Shown here: piece after piece, positions 1 to 12,900 of the stretch
Layout of the letters: the number at the start of each line of letters is the position of its first letter
Numbering within the stretch: the stretch's first letter is position 1
Assembly: GCA_965637545.1 (NCBI GenBank)
Contig: OZ281498.1
Coordinates: forward strand, 7,440,001 to 7,504,000
From: Phallusia mammillata
Lineage: Eukaryota
Direction: 5' to 3'
DNA: 64,000 nucleotides
Notes under the pieces: generated by a model
What the model saw: the letters and a program-made list of their open reading frames with translations, nothing else
Databases searched by the model: none
What the model was told of the DNA's origin: nothing
Translations under genes and position numbers: made by a program

Positions 1-3000
1 ATCTTCGTTAAAACGCCTTTGTCGGCATCAAAACTGCTCGCTTTATAGCATGAAGTAGGTTATCCGGCAAACCCGCAAAATCAAGTGTTACCAAATATTG
101 TGAAAGAAAGCCATGTCAACATAGGCGATATTTACAAAACGCGACTTTTCGACTAATCATAGTTACCCCATGTTTCACTGTGACAGCAGTTGCAATTGTG
201 ACTATTCCCCTCTACGATGTACCACTTACGAATGAGTAACTACTGTCATTAGAGGCAGTAAACTAAACTGCTTCAGAAAGGCACTGGTGATATTCTAACC
301 GGTAGTAAAAAACGTTATTTAAAGACTACAAATCCTATATTAAGCCATCGTTAAAAGCAAGGGTCATAAAGTATAAGCCAACACGCTTATCTGAAAAACG
401 TCCCCTGAAGCTACGCAAAGTGGACTACAAATGAATTATAATTGTCTCGTAAATCAGCAATATGAAAATGCAAATCAAATAAATGTAAGACCTTCTAGAA
501 CAACTGTTTTCAGGTGTAAAAAGGTGTCATGAATACGCACCGTGCATTTAACCGTAACAAATTTGGTTCCGAACAAAAAAATAACATTATTACTGCACCC
601 TGTTGTGCTCAACTAGTAATATTAAACCATGCTACATTACCAGAGCTACAGAAAATCGTGAGGGTAGAGCGATATGTGAAACTCCACGATCACGTTTCGT
701 TGGTGAAAGGGAAAGTTGCCAAACGCTTTTGGATCCGTGCGGCGTATTTCAGTGCGTTGACGGACAAAATTCCTCGGTATAGGCCTATAGGATCATATAA
801 GCCCTAGCTATAAAGTTAATCTGAAAAATTGACCGCATAAGCGTTTGACATCTGTCAACATGCGACCGCAGACCATCATCGAAAACTTGGAGCGTTTGCA
901 GAGGCCGGTTATACCAACACCCTTATATAAGCAATACGGGGGCGAATCGACGGGAGCAATATGCAGTACTTATATGGCAAGAGGGCAAGGCTAACACGCG
1001 ACGGTTTGCTAAGGGGTAACCACACACAAGCATGGGGTCGCGCTTAGTGCTAACTAATCCGTAAGCCCTTGCGGCGGTAGGTTATAACCTCTTTCTGGGA
1101 GCTCAAAAACCGTCTTTTTGTTACATAAGCTACATATTAGTGTCAAACCGTGTTACGTTGCGCATTTAGGGCCAATATAACACTGACATGGTTTTTAGCA
1201 TTTAAACTGCAAGTATTTGGGTAGAAATGGTTGTTGTTTTTTTGTTTTTTACATGGACATACAGATTTTTTAACATGGACATTTTTTTGAACGTATTGAC
1301 TTTAAATGGACATATTGCCTTTTGTTGAGAATGTAAAGATGGCCAACTTGAATTGGTACATTGATGTGTAACAGCTACAACCAAGCTTGATTGTTTTACA
1401 ACCTCAAAGGTATGTTGCGGTTGTTTTCAACATTTTTTTAACAAGCAGCAAATATTCAAACGTGTATCGGTAATCATATTGAGCAGCCACAAAACGCGTG
1501 GTTCAGGGACTCGAAGTGACTGCAGAAAACGAGATCGCATCGATAATGAAACGTACACCGCTTTTCGTGTTAACAGTTAATTGTTTGCAGGCCGGATCAT
1601 TTGCCAAGGTTTCTGAGGGCAAACCGCACCACGCACGGGAATGTTGGGCTTTTAGTTTTATAGAAAGATAGAAACAGGTAACCACAATTCCTATCGCTTG
1701 AAAGGTATGGAATGCGTCAATCAATCCTTCCTAATAATTCGGTCACGTTCCATGCGTATTTTAACGCGGTTAGCGCGCTGAAAGGCGTCCTGCCGTTTGA
1801 AGGCCGCCAACAACCCGGTCCATTGACGTCATAGCCTCGTCTATTCAAGTCCTGCTGATGGACGCAACTGTACAGCGCACTTCTCAGTCAGTATGTAGGT
1901 ATGCTGTCTTAGCGGTGCGCTATGCCTTGCTGCACACCACGCACGCAATATTTGGTCCACGCGTATATTAGATCGCTACTTTTGCTTACAAATCCCTGAG
2001 ATAACACCTTGGCAGCGGTCTCCTTGAAATCCACCTGACCTGTTTGAGTAATCGCCTCTTCAGCGTTACGATTTGCACCCTGGAGTGCTCAGGATTGGTT
2101 CGAGGGTTCCCGGGTAATCCCGGATTCGTTGAACTGCGTCAGACGCGCGCCATTTGGCTTCTGCGCCCGCAATTCACGCTTCCGCATTAAGGGATTCTGG
2201 TGCAATGTTGAGGATCCGTGCTCAGTGGGTCAGCAATAAGTACTAGCGTATTAGAGCTTCGTGCTCATGTAATTGTCCGCATTTCCGCCAGCCATTGACA
2301 TTTCTAACACTTAAAACATATACCGTAAAATTGGACTAAGGTGTTGCTTACTGTAGACACTTGCTGCGTAATAGTATGAGAATATTTCATAAGGTCCAAA
2401 GTCATTTCATTATTCATGCGTTTAGCACTAAGTCGACTCATTAGAAGAATTTTTAGGACCATAAACCTGCGATAAACCAACGCTTTACTACCAGTTATAG
2501 TTTTTTACACCAGCAAAACTGAATGCAGCAACACATAACAATGTATGTAAAGTGACATTGGGTCTCACGCAGCAAATTATACACTTTACGGAGGTTTTCA
2601 AAGAAGCGGTTTTCCCCAAAGTACCGTTTGTGAACAACAGATAACGGCCGAAGAGTGCTATATTGTTAATTGCTAACATCCGACAAATCACCTAAAAGCG
2701 GCGTAATACCATCAGGTGCAAATTTTGTATTGCAAGATGGACACCTACCTCTTCGGAAGCGCCCCGCTGTTTACTTAATGCTTGTCAAGGGGAAGGGTTG
2801 GGCAGCAATTAACGCAAAGACGATGCAAGGTGCTGCAACCGACAGAAGGGTCAACTCCCGCCAGGGCGCCGTCCGCGCACAAGTAATTATCGCTAACAAG
2901 GGATCTGCAAAGCATTGATGAGGCGACAAGTCGAATCGCATTGGCGAACCGTTTTAGCCATATGCCGCTATATTTAGTAGGTCAGAATGCAGTGAAGAAC

Positions 3001-4459
3001 ACCGGGTTATCAATTTCGTACCAGAGGCGGTTCACCTGTCTATATTGCGGCCATTTGTAGAGAATATCAATCTGTCAGCAAATGTTCATTACAAACTCCA
3101 GTTAAGGGAGAGATAGGAAACATAAAAGAGGTTTTGAATTTTGACCCAAACCACAAAATATCATATTTTGACGAAGAGGGTTCACTTGCTTTGAACTGTA
3201 AACAGTTCATCTTCGTTTGCAAGGTTGTAAAAATAAAAGTGTGTGCTTAAAATTGTATATTTTTAGTCCATTCTTCCACCTAGTTTCGCAACCAGTAACG
3301 AAATATTCCCGACTTTCGGTGTTGCTGCAAGTTGTGAAAGCGAAAACAACGAAATTCTAGTGCCGCAGATCTTGTTTTCTTAGTGCAAATCGGTTAACGA
3401 TGATCATTGCAACGCGAGAAGCGTGCCCGGCTATTGTTTCGCCAGCTGATTGTGCCACGGTTGTGGGTCAACTGTATGGTTTATGGCGTAGCACGGAGTT
3501 GCAACGCCTACCCCTGTTCTATTTACGCCGCTTGCAGCCGCCGACAAACGATCACCGTTATACAAACAATATAATCGAGAGTTTGATTCCGATTGATTGG
3601 TGGCTGTTTTGACAGAACTAGGCGGACGCCGGCAAAACAAATGGCGCGTCGCAAGATTGGGCCTTCGGGCAAATTCGCCGCAACAATTGGGAAGCGGGCA
3701 ATTAGAATTAGCACAATCAATTAAAATCTTACAAACACATTACGTACGAGCAAATACACGCATTTTTGAAATATGGGTAGTGAGGGGGTTTAGAAGTCGC
3801 CCGTAGGAAACACAACACACGGCGCGCGCAAGCAGTTTGCAACACATGCCTCGTTACGACGAAAAAAGCTGTCATATGAAACGCTATACGTCCGTCAAAT
3901 GCTAAAGGTTAGAAGGTGTGAGGGGAGTCTAATACGCATGATGCAATAAATTTTCTGTCTGACGGAATTAAAAACTAACATCCGGTGGCAATAGGGTTTG
4001 TAGTCAAGGATGGAAAAAGTTCGCATAGGGACACGAAGAAAAAATGTATTCAACTGATTTCGCGTGTAGTAAGTCCTGGTTTGGTTCAACAAAGTCTTGT
4101 ATGCACCAGGAACGCGTTTAAACAAGTCATAAGGGATTGCCAATACGTTTAGAGCTTAGTATAATTCGCCCGCGAAATTCCTTAAAAATGAACGTCAAAC
4201 TTTTTTTTTTGCGCAAAGAAGGATTGAAACAAAAACGTGTATATCGTTTTTTTTTATGCACAATGTGTGTAAAACGCTTTTAAAACATGATTTGAAACTG
4301 ACTGTTAAATTTGGGGAGAATTGTATAACGTTAGACCTTCCACGAAGAAACGTTGCTGGGTTGATTCTTTTCCAAAGAAATGACCACAAGGCACGGCCGA
4401 GGGGGCTTCGTATCGCGAAATTGCACTTTGTGGGCCCAAATCGGTGCGATTAGCGCTGT

Positions 4460-4866
4460 CGGGATCGCGCGTTTACATGCGATTAAAAACAAAGGCAGTT
4501 GTTCGCCCTTTGCCGTTGCCTCGCTTCTGCGACGACCGCGGTCTTACAGCGAAATCCTGATAAAATTGCCAAGGCAGTGGACGCGAGAAGCCCCTGCGCC
4601 GCGATTGGGCGAAAGAGAAAAAACGCAAATCGCGCGACGAGCGAAGGTTTCAACGGGACGAGAAAGAAAAAAAGGGCAGCCAAGAATCGTTTAGGGCTCA
4701 GCTCCTTCGTAAAATCAGTTCAGCAGAGCACGGTTTACGAGTGGCGACGTAGAATGTCGTAGCTGCGTAACACGGCGACATAAGCTGACCCCAATCCGAC
4801 TGCGAAGACGGACGGCGTCGTCAGTTATCTGAAATTCTTCAATCGATTAGATATTGGGGGTGCGAG
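4460..4866 (+). promoter_or_regulatory. CpG-rich putative promoter / non-coding first exon of the RASSF gene
   Basis: CpG-rich stretch ending in donor GAG|GTAAGG (4867); candidate acceptors at 5010 and 5103 lie upstream of the ATG. Confidence 0.35.
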
Positions 4867-5169
4867 GTAAGGCTTATGGATGTTCCCGTGAGGGTATTAG
4901 GGCGATTGCGGACAGCCATCAAAAGAAGGAGGACGGTTAAGCAGCTTGGCCCCATGGCCGTTGCTTAGAGCATGAGAGACTAGACATCAGGTGGTCTGCT
5001 TTTTGTACAGTAAATCTGTCTACATAATAAAGCGAACAATTACGAGGCAGGGCTTGCAGCATAGTTTGTTCAAAATAACTTACAATTGAAGTTTTGTGTG
5101 CAGGTTTCAAACTTGTTGTATTTAAAAGTAAATCAAATATTAGAGAACACTACAAACATTTGTGCAGCC

Positions 5170-6934
5170 ATGGCTACCATCACCGTCCGCATGGGACGCG
5201 AAGAAAAGGAGATATCAGGACTTACACGAAGAACCACATGCTCGGATGTACTGCAAGCTTTGCTTAAAGACAAAAAGATCGACAACAATAACGAAGCAGG
5301 CACAAACAACGATGACCTTGCCTCCTGTGATTCTAAGTCCCTCAAAGAAATAGCACAGAGTTATGTTATAGTTGAAACATGGAGGGGTTGCGAAAAGCCT
5401 TTGCCGCCGCGGACAAGGATCCTAGCCGTCTGGCAGGCATGGGGAAAGGAGCAATGCCATGTGAAATTCTCGCTTAAGAAGAGCCGACATATCAGGTTCC
5501 GTGAGTCAGAAAATAAGGAACAAGTGAATAATCAGTATAATTCAATGATTGCAAAGATGAGCATGCAGCATCCTGAGGCAATTTCATTCCTGCACAAACT
5601 CTCGCATGGGCAGAAACGACGAATCAGGCGCAACATTATGCAGTACCAACGCGCCGTGCTCATTCAACACACCAAAGAAACCACTGTGGATAACGGCGCC
5701 CCCGCCGACGCGCCTCTGCGGCACTTTAACCTCGATGACAACGCGATTGATTCCGCGGCCAATAAGTGCGGAAAACCCCGCGGAAAGCAACTGGACAACG
5801 AGCGTGTGACATTAAGTGAAGAAAAGTTTGTTGATGGAGTAGTGACCGGGCCTGATTGCTTGCTTCACCACAGTGGAAAAAGCAAGTTTATTCAAAGTGC
5901 TTTGGATAACAAAGACTTCAACCGTGAATATTGCAACTACCGAAGGCGCAACCACCACAGGCGGCGTTCTTTTATGTTGGACGACTCTGACGGACATTCA
6001 GACCAGAATGACCTACTTTCACCGACCCACCACAGGCACAACATCAGCCACTACCCTTACTGCCAGAAATCAAGAAGGCGTTCGCGATCTTCAAGTAAAA
6101 GACGGCGGAGGTCAAAGACCAGGCGACAAGGCGGAGTTTCAAAGTCTTCTCGGGGTCGACATGGTAGATTGCACAACCGGGTTAGCACTGATGACACCAC
6201 GACATCAACTGGTACAGCGACCAGTACTGAGGCCGAGGTTGAGTGTGAAGACTCGCATAGCCCTGGTGAAGACGCTGACGATGAAAAGTCAATCAAGGCG
6301 GAATATGGAAGCACCCCGGTCCGCAAAGTCCTACCTTACCCGACCGTGCTACTTTCACCATGTAGTGATAGCTACAGTAGTGGTACCGCAACTGCAACCA
6401 CTGCAACTGACTCTAGCAGTGGAACCACAACTTGTAGTGAGACTTCAAACACCAGTGGAAGTAGCCTTAGTGGAACAAGCAGTAGCGAAATGTCGAGCAG
6501 CACAGAACATTGGGAAGCAGCGTTTTTCGCCTCACGCCTTGCGGCCCCGAAACCGGCTCCCGTTCCCGCAAAACCAGCGGTCCCGGAAAAGACCAGAACC
6601 CCTGGCAACAACAGCAGTGCAGCGAAGTTGTTCAGGAAAGTGCCACAGGGCTTAATAGGCTCTTTCCGCAAAAAGAAGAGATCAACACCCCAGCCTACAG
6701 AAAACAGTAGCACCAAAGCGAACAATGCCAAGACCACTGGAAAACGCACAGTTACTTTTGCGGCTTCGCCACCTACGCACAAAGACCGCAACAGTACGAC
6801 AAAGGAGCGCAGCGACAAAGGTGTGACCACAACTTACGACAGCAGCGCCTCCAAGGCTGATACCGGAGTATCGACAGTGGAGAAGGAACCTCAAACACAG
6901 GACAACCCTGCAACGGAATCGAAGCATGAAAGTG
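5170..6934 (+). CDS. RASSF10: RASSF9/10-like coding exon 1 (RA domain plus long Ser/Thr/Arg-rich region)
   Basis: ATG at 5170 within ORF 5086..7011; donor AGTG|GTGAGT at 6935, phase 1. Confidence 0.85.
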
Positions 6935-9900
6935 GTGAGTGCGATTTGTGTGGATCATTACCTCTATGGCAACAGCGCTTTTATCTCGTTAAGCCACATC
7001 TTTTCTTTTAAACCGTACGTAATAGGCAAGGTAGACAGCCAAAACCGCCGCTTAGCCGAGTTGGTAATTGGTGCTGTTTGCAAATTGACGAAAGCTAGAG
7101 GCGCTCCTAATTGATTGTTATCTCTTTCATGGTGCAAGAAAGTGCGCAGTCTTTCAATTTGTAGCAAACTCCACAAAAATACGGGCAAGGCGGCAGACAG
7201 TTACCTGATTATCATTTTCGTTTTAATGGTTTAATCACTTTCGTCCGCGGCACTCGATGGGGACAATAGGGGCAAGAGTGGTGCGGTGCAGGCCTGACGT
7301 AACAAAGGGCATTGTCTGGCGCTGGCGGGAGCCCTAGTACCTCTAAAAACGCAATTGTTATGAAATCGGCAGCCGCCAATGCATAATCGACCGAGCGTTG
7401 GACCATCTATTGAAAGTGGCAGATGGCACTGCAGCAAAACGCACGTGTCTGGTTTAAATGTCGCGACTTAATGTTTATCACCCGTCGACAGGAATTAAGT
7501 ACTTTTAGATAGTAGGTCTTAGTAGAAATGCATTGTCAGAAAATGCAGCCACCCAAATGTACACGGGTGTCTGTTTCAGGCACAATGTTTACCAACCAAA
7601 TTTGCCACTTTAGGATAAGCACAAAGCCGGTGTGGACACAAAACAAAAACGAGTCGTTTTGCAAGCCGGTAAAAAAGCACGCTTGTTGAGGAAGCACTGC
7701 TTCTCCGCAACATGGTGTCTGTCTTCCATCTACAGCGCAGCAGTGCATAGTTAGTAGCCCCTGACGGCCTGTTATATTGGATTACCCTCTCTGGTCACCA
7801 CGCTAAGCGCCAGGGCTTAACGCAGCCACTAAACGCGACAGAGCGACGTCTGCCTTTCACAACGGCGTGTCTTTGTTCATCAAACTCTAATGCACCAAAG
7901 CAAACCATTTTCCACGCTTATAATGCTGCGTGTGTGGCTTAAAAATTGACAGAAACACAACATGCAACGCATGCCAAGCTAAGCTTTTGTTTTGGCCTCA
8001 TCCTTAGCGCCATCTAGCGCAACGTTTTGTAAACACGCGATCGCTTTGGTCCAGCTAAAAGTAGATACAGGCACGCAGTGAAATCGGAACTTAAGTCAAC
8101 ATATGGGGGCAAGCTTTTCTGCCTTAGATCTCACATCTCTTAGCAAACGAAGTAAATAGAAAAATTGCCTAAAATAGTTTTAACGCAGCTTAGAGCCTAA
8201 AGGGTGAACAAACGGGTACACTAACAGAAACCAGGACAAATATAAATGTATGGAAATCCTGATTACCAAACAAACCACTTCGTAAATAGCTCAACCGTAT
8301 ATGCGCCTTAGCAGTAATCCTTGTGCTCTGCCAATGGTATCAGTTGTCGTTGCGGGAAAGGAGGCTTGGGTACTTGTACTCCGGAGCCGAGCGTGTATCT
8401 GATTACGGGATCCAACACCACGTACCGATCTAATCCTCTTTTGGCGCGAGGCCACCTTCCCCTGCAGCCGTGATTGATGCCCTACTTTGACACTTCGGGT
8501 CAACACCGCCTCCGTCATACCGAATTTCTAAGAACCCAATCTCAAAACGTCATTATCGATCACGTGATAGGGTGAACGCGTTAGGATGCGACATCTTTGG
8601 ACGTGTTTTGGAGTTAAACAGCGCAATTCATCTGTCAATGTTAACACGACGTTTTTCCCACGCTTGCCATTTTCACAAGTCACGGTCATTGCCCTGCGCA
8701 TGCGCACAACGCGCGCGACTGAAATGTGTACTGCGACGGCAAAGCTCTCGCCCCTCACTTCGATAACGCCGTGACATTAGGCCGCTGGAAATGAGTTGCG
8801 CAAAAATGTGAAGACCGTAGTGATATCATCTTATTGGCCATTAACCGAGCAATGTTGGAAAAGCCATGTGGTACTTGTGTTGCCTGCGTCGTCAAAGCAA
8901 ACCGCCCACTCCTGTTGCCACTACCGCTTGTGCATGACGTCATTCTGCTGCGGAACTACGTGGAAATCGCTTTCCACTCTGGATCCATCGTCGCTTCGCA
9001 ATAAAGCTTACGATTCTCCACACTGGGTGGACATCAAAAGCCCTTAGCCGCCGCATAAGCCACAAACTGCTGTGTCCAGTATTAAAGTGCGTGGGGTCAG
9101 TTTATTAGCCATTCAAGTTTGCTCTATACCCGATTTTCGCGGTTTAATAACTTTCATCGGGATTTTGTCCCACCCGCGCCTGCCTACGCGCAAACGAAAG
9201 TCCGACGACGCACTTGTGACTTCGAGAGCAGGCGTCTCCCCGGCAGTTATGCGTTTGATGTTACGTACTTGACTGCGGCCGCCTTCGACAAGTGTTTAGC
9301 ATGCTCGATGTCGGTTTTAGACCGTTGCACTATCGCACTTTCTCATAATGCGCTCATCAAACGGCACTTTGCTCTGTCGACATAGAGCCCCTGGACTCAC
9401 ACAAAAAGTTGTCTAACCAGCGCTACCCCATTCACACATTCCTTATCTTGATACCTGTCAAATCAATAACAAGACTTGGTAGGGTCCATGCTTTATCTCT
9501 GTCCAGTTTATACACAACCGAGTCAATATTTAACGCAGCGTTAAACGGGGGGATCATTGACCTAAATATGCGAGATGACACTACGCAGCGTTTGGTGAGA
9601 AGATTCGCAATCACTGCCAAATCGCGATTGGCACGGTAGGGCTTATCTAAATTTTCTCGGCGCCAGAACTGCTTCAGATCTCATACAACACCCATGGCCA
9701 GTCTGTGCAATAACACAGTACACTGCTCTCACAAAGTGTAGTGGCGTGTTTTTTTAATAATAACGCCTTGTTACCAGCAAACAAACATGCCCACAAAGGT
9801 AACACTGCCATTGTATCGCGCCTACGCTTCCGAAGATGACAAAACCCCGTGATATAAGTCAACAATATTACTCACTTTGACAAGTAGCGTTCATAACCTA

Positions 9901-12900
9901 GAAAAAACACGCACGTTTTGGTAACAATGCAAGGGCCCGGCGCCCCCGTGTTTTGGCTGCGTCCCGCGCGGTTTCAATTCACGGCCAATCTTCACCCGTC
10001 AACAAGCATGTTGTGAGGTGAAACAGCTTCCCGGCGCCTGCTGCGCTACCTTCTCAAGTGCAGGACTACAAAACCCGATACCTAAGTCCAGTGTCAACCG
10101 TTTAAGGTGCCAATTATCGTGCAAGCAGTACAAAACACCGGCTCGAAGTCCATGCGCTTTTGTTTCGCTGTAATTGTATCGTTCCCACCTCCCGTTAAGC
10201 TATCAGTCGAGCATAGGAAGAAATGTGGTCGATTCTGAAACCGCCTGGGCAAAAACCTTGTACTTCCCACACACTCAATTTAGCGCGAACAGGATTCCAA
10301 AAATTCCTGGGTTATCTACGCTTTCGTGTATTTTGACCGCAGTTACATTGAAAACCTGGACTGGGCAAGCGAACCGAAAGCTAGAGTAAGTGTTATGCCG
10401 TGTCGTAGACTTCCCGTTATAAATACAAGGGGTTCTCTTTTACCGAACCCGAGCCGGTGTTTCCTATCCGCCCTGGTTTAATATTAGCCTCCACCGGTCG
10501 TGTTCGATAGTTTGCGGGCGATAAGGGCCTCGAACTGCTCTGAGTCAGAGATAAGGCGACTGGCATTTCACACAAGGCGCAAAGTACAACTGTTATCGCT
10601 ACTTTTCTGCGTGCATGGAAGACAATCACCCTCATAGGAGGCTACATCATAAAATTTGGACACATATTAAACTTCAGAATCGCTTGAAACTACTTGTTCT
10701 CGCCTTAAGCCACGAAAATTCACACATGTTACAGATTTAACGATTCTTACGTATTAACGTTTGTGTCGGTACCACGCGCACTAATAGTTAATAATTTACC
10801 GCACAATTAATGCCAAGAATTTATGCTGTGATATGTAAACACAAGTTAAATTGCTATAAAAATTCCATAGACGCGCAAGGGGTGCGGCGCCTAAAAATAA
10901 CGACATGATATTAAATACAGAGTATGATACGTAACGCACGCAATTATCTATCGACAGACAATTTGATCTCCCTTTTGTGGGTCAGAAACCGTTGCAAAGG
11001 AGGTCATGAATGTCATGCGTTTGTATAGATTGGGGTTCGATTCAAAGTCCCGTGTCGAGACCTCTACGATTTTGTGTGGGTAATTTGGGGTGGCACCGTG
11101 ACCACCAAGGGGTAAAAAAGTAGCGCTACTAAACTCGTTGGTTGGCGGTGTTTGTTGACATTATTGGGTGCGGTTGCGTTGCGTGGAAGGGCATGTGATT
11201 CGAAATTGGATAATTTGTTTGAGGGTAAGCCGCGCTGCACGCTACAGCCCCCGATTACTAGGGACCATCACTCCTAAGCCGGCGCAAAGCTGAGCAAAAA
11301 TCTTAATCGCTGTATTCGATACATGCTGCTAAATGATTGACAGATGGAGCTCCAGCTTGAATTGAGCGGTCATACAATCTTTATCCCTCTGCAAATCTAT
11401 TTTGAGCGACAATTTCATGCCTGAATCGGCCAAGCGCGTGCAAGCCAATTTGACCCACTTTCTGCCAGCAAATTTAGTCTGGCTGTTAATAACGTCCGCA
11501 TTACGATGCAACATACGATGGACAATGACCCTCTTTGTCCATGCAGTTGCAATAGACCCCTGTGCATTTAATCTAAAACCAATATCAAAGTGGTTTGCGG
11601 AGATGTAGAAACTGTATTTATGTTTTTTGGGGAAGAGACACACCCTTGCGTTTATGGGAAAAAGTTTACCTACTGAAGTTAAGGAGCGTATCGGCCGCTT
11701 CCTTTTCCGAACGACGACGTAATTTGCTTTGTAGGATCGCGCGCGGGCGTGTGTAAAGGTCGCACTGCACTTACAAGCATTCCGCCGGCGCAAATAATCT
11801 CTGGAAAACTTTACCACAAGTTCTTCCTGTTTAAGTTTTCTGCCTTAACTCCAACATAAACTACCCCATTTTACCATAACGGGACAAGGAGAGCGCTAAT
11901 GGTTCTCGGGCGAAATCCTCGGCACTGCTGGTGTTGTTAGGAATAGGCCACATTCTTAGATCGCGTGACGGGATGAATCGTGCAACATATTCCACAATGC
12001 CTAACGCCTTTGAACCACAAAACCTAAATGACATGGTTCGAACACGGCTGCGATCAAAAATTGGCTTAAATAACATGTTATGGCACTGGGTTTTGGCGAC
12101 TTTGCGGCGTTGCCAAGGCCTTAATTTTCTCAAACATCGCATAACTACACGAAACACGCGTTGGTCTGGGATGTGATTTAATGCTTTGCAGCAAAGGGGT
12201 CGTTGCTATCAAACACTCATTAGAGGAGAGACGGTGCTTTGAGCTCAGATTGCATTGATAACAGTTTGCCAAGTCGTCTCTTCCGAATCGTGTACATGAT
12301 GTTATCAAATTGCGGTGCTTCCGAGAAATCATGCAAAACAGAGCGTCTTTCCTTGCCCACACGACATAAACGAATTCCAAGATCTGAAAGGACAATCGAT
12401 TCAACTTTGGGAGCAATAGCATCAACGGTTTAACATTACAGAGTGAACTGATAACCCAGAGTCAATTACCCAAGGCGATTTTTGTGGGCACACCCTTTTG
12501 ACTTGAGGTAAACGAAAGAGCCTATAAGAAATCTTCAATCAGATACTACTTACCTGTGCATAATCGCACCCTGCACATCAGCATTGTCGTGCTAGGACGA
12601 AAGATATCTGGCCTATAATCTCAGCCACCCGCCGATATCCGACATTGATCAAGTGTCAGTGGAAATATCGCGGGCCCAGCTCGGTACCCGTATACATATC
12701 AATAGGTGCACGGTTCTACGGGTTAATCTATCGATGGCATCAAAACTCCACGACAGTTTTGGTACACGAGCAGCACGCGATGACATTTTTGCGACACGAT
12801 ACTTAAGAATAGAGTCATTGTGCGCTTTGAGGAACCGGGAACTAGCAAACAAACATTTGGCTCTGCACCGTCATTTGCAAACGCGATCAAATAGTTCGGT

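Noticed and set aside
5873-6830. 260-aa, 152-aa and other ORFs overlapping RASSF exon 1 (similar ones over exons 3-4)
   Set aside because: Shadow frames of a GC-rich, low-complexity coding exon.
12382-12551. Perfect antisense donor (CAG|GTAAGT) and good acceptor forming a 170-nt minus-strand intron
   Set aside because: The upstream exon has a stop in the joining frame, and one perfect donor is expected by chance in 128 kb of both strands; unsupported without RNA data.
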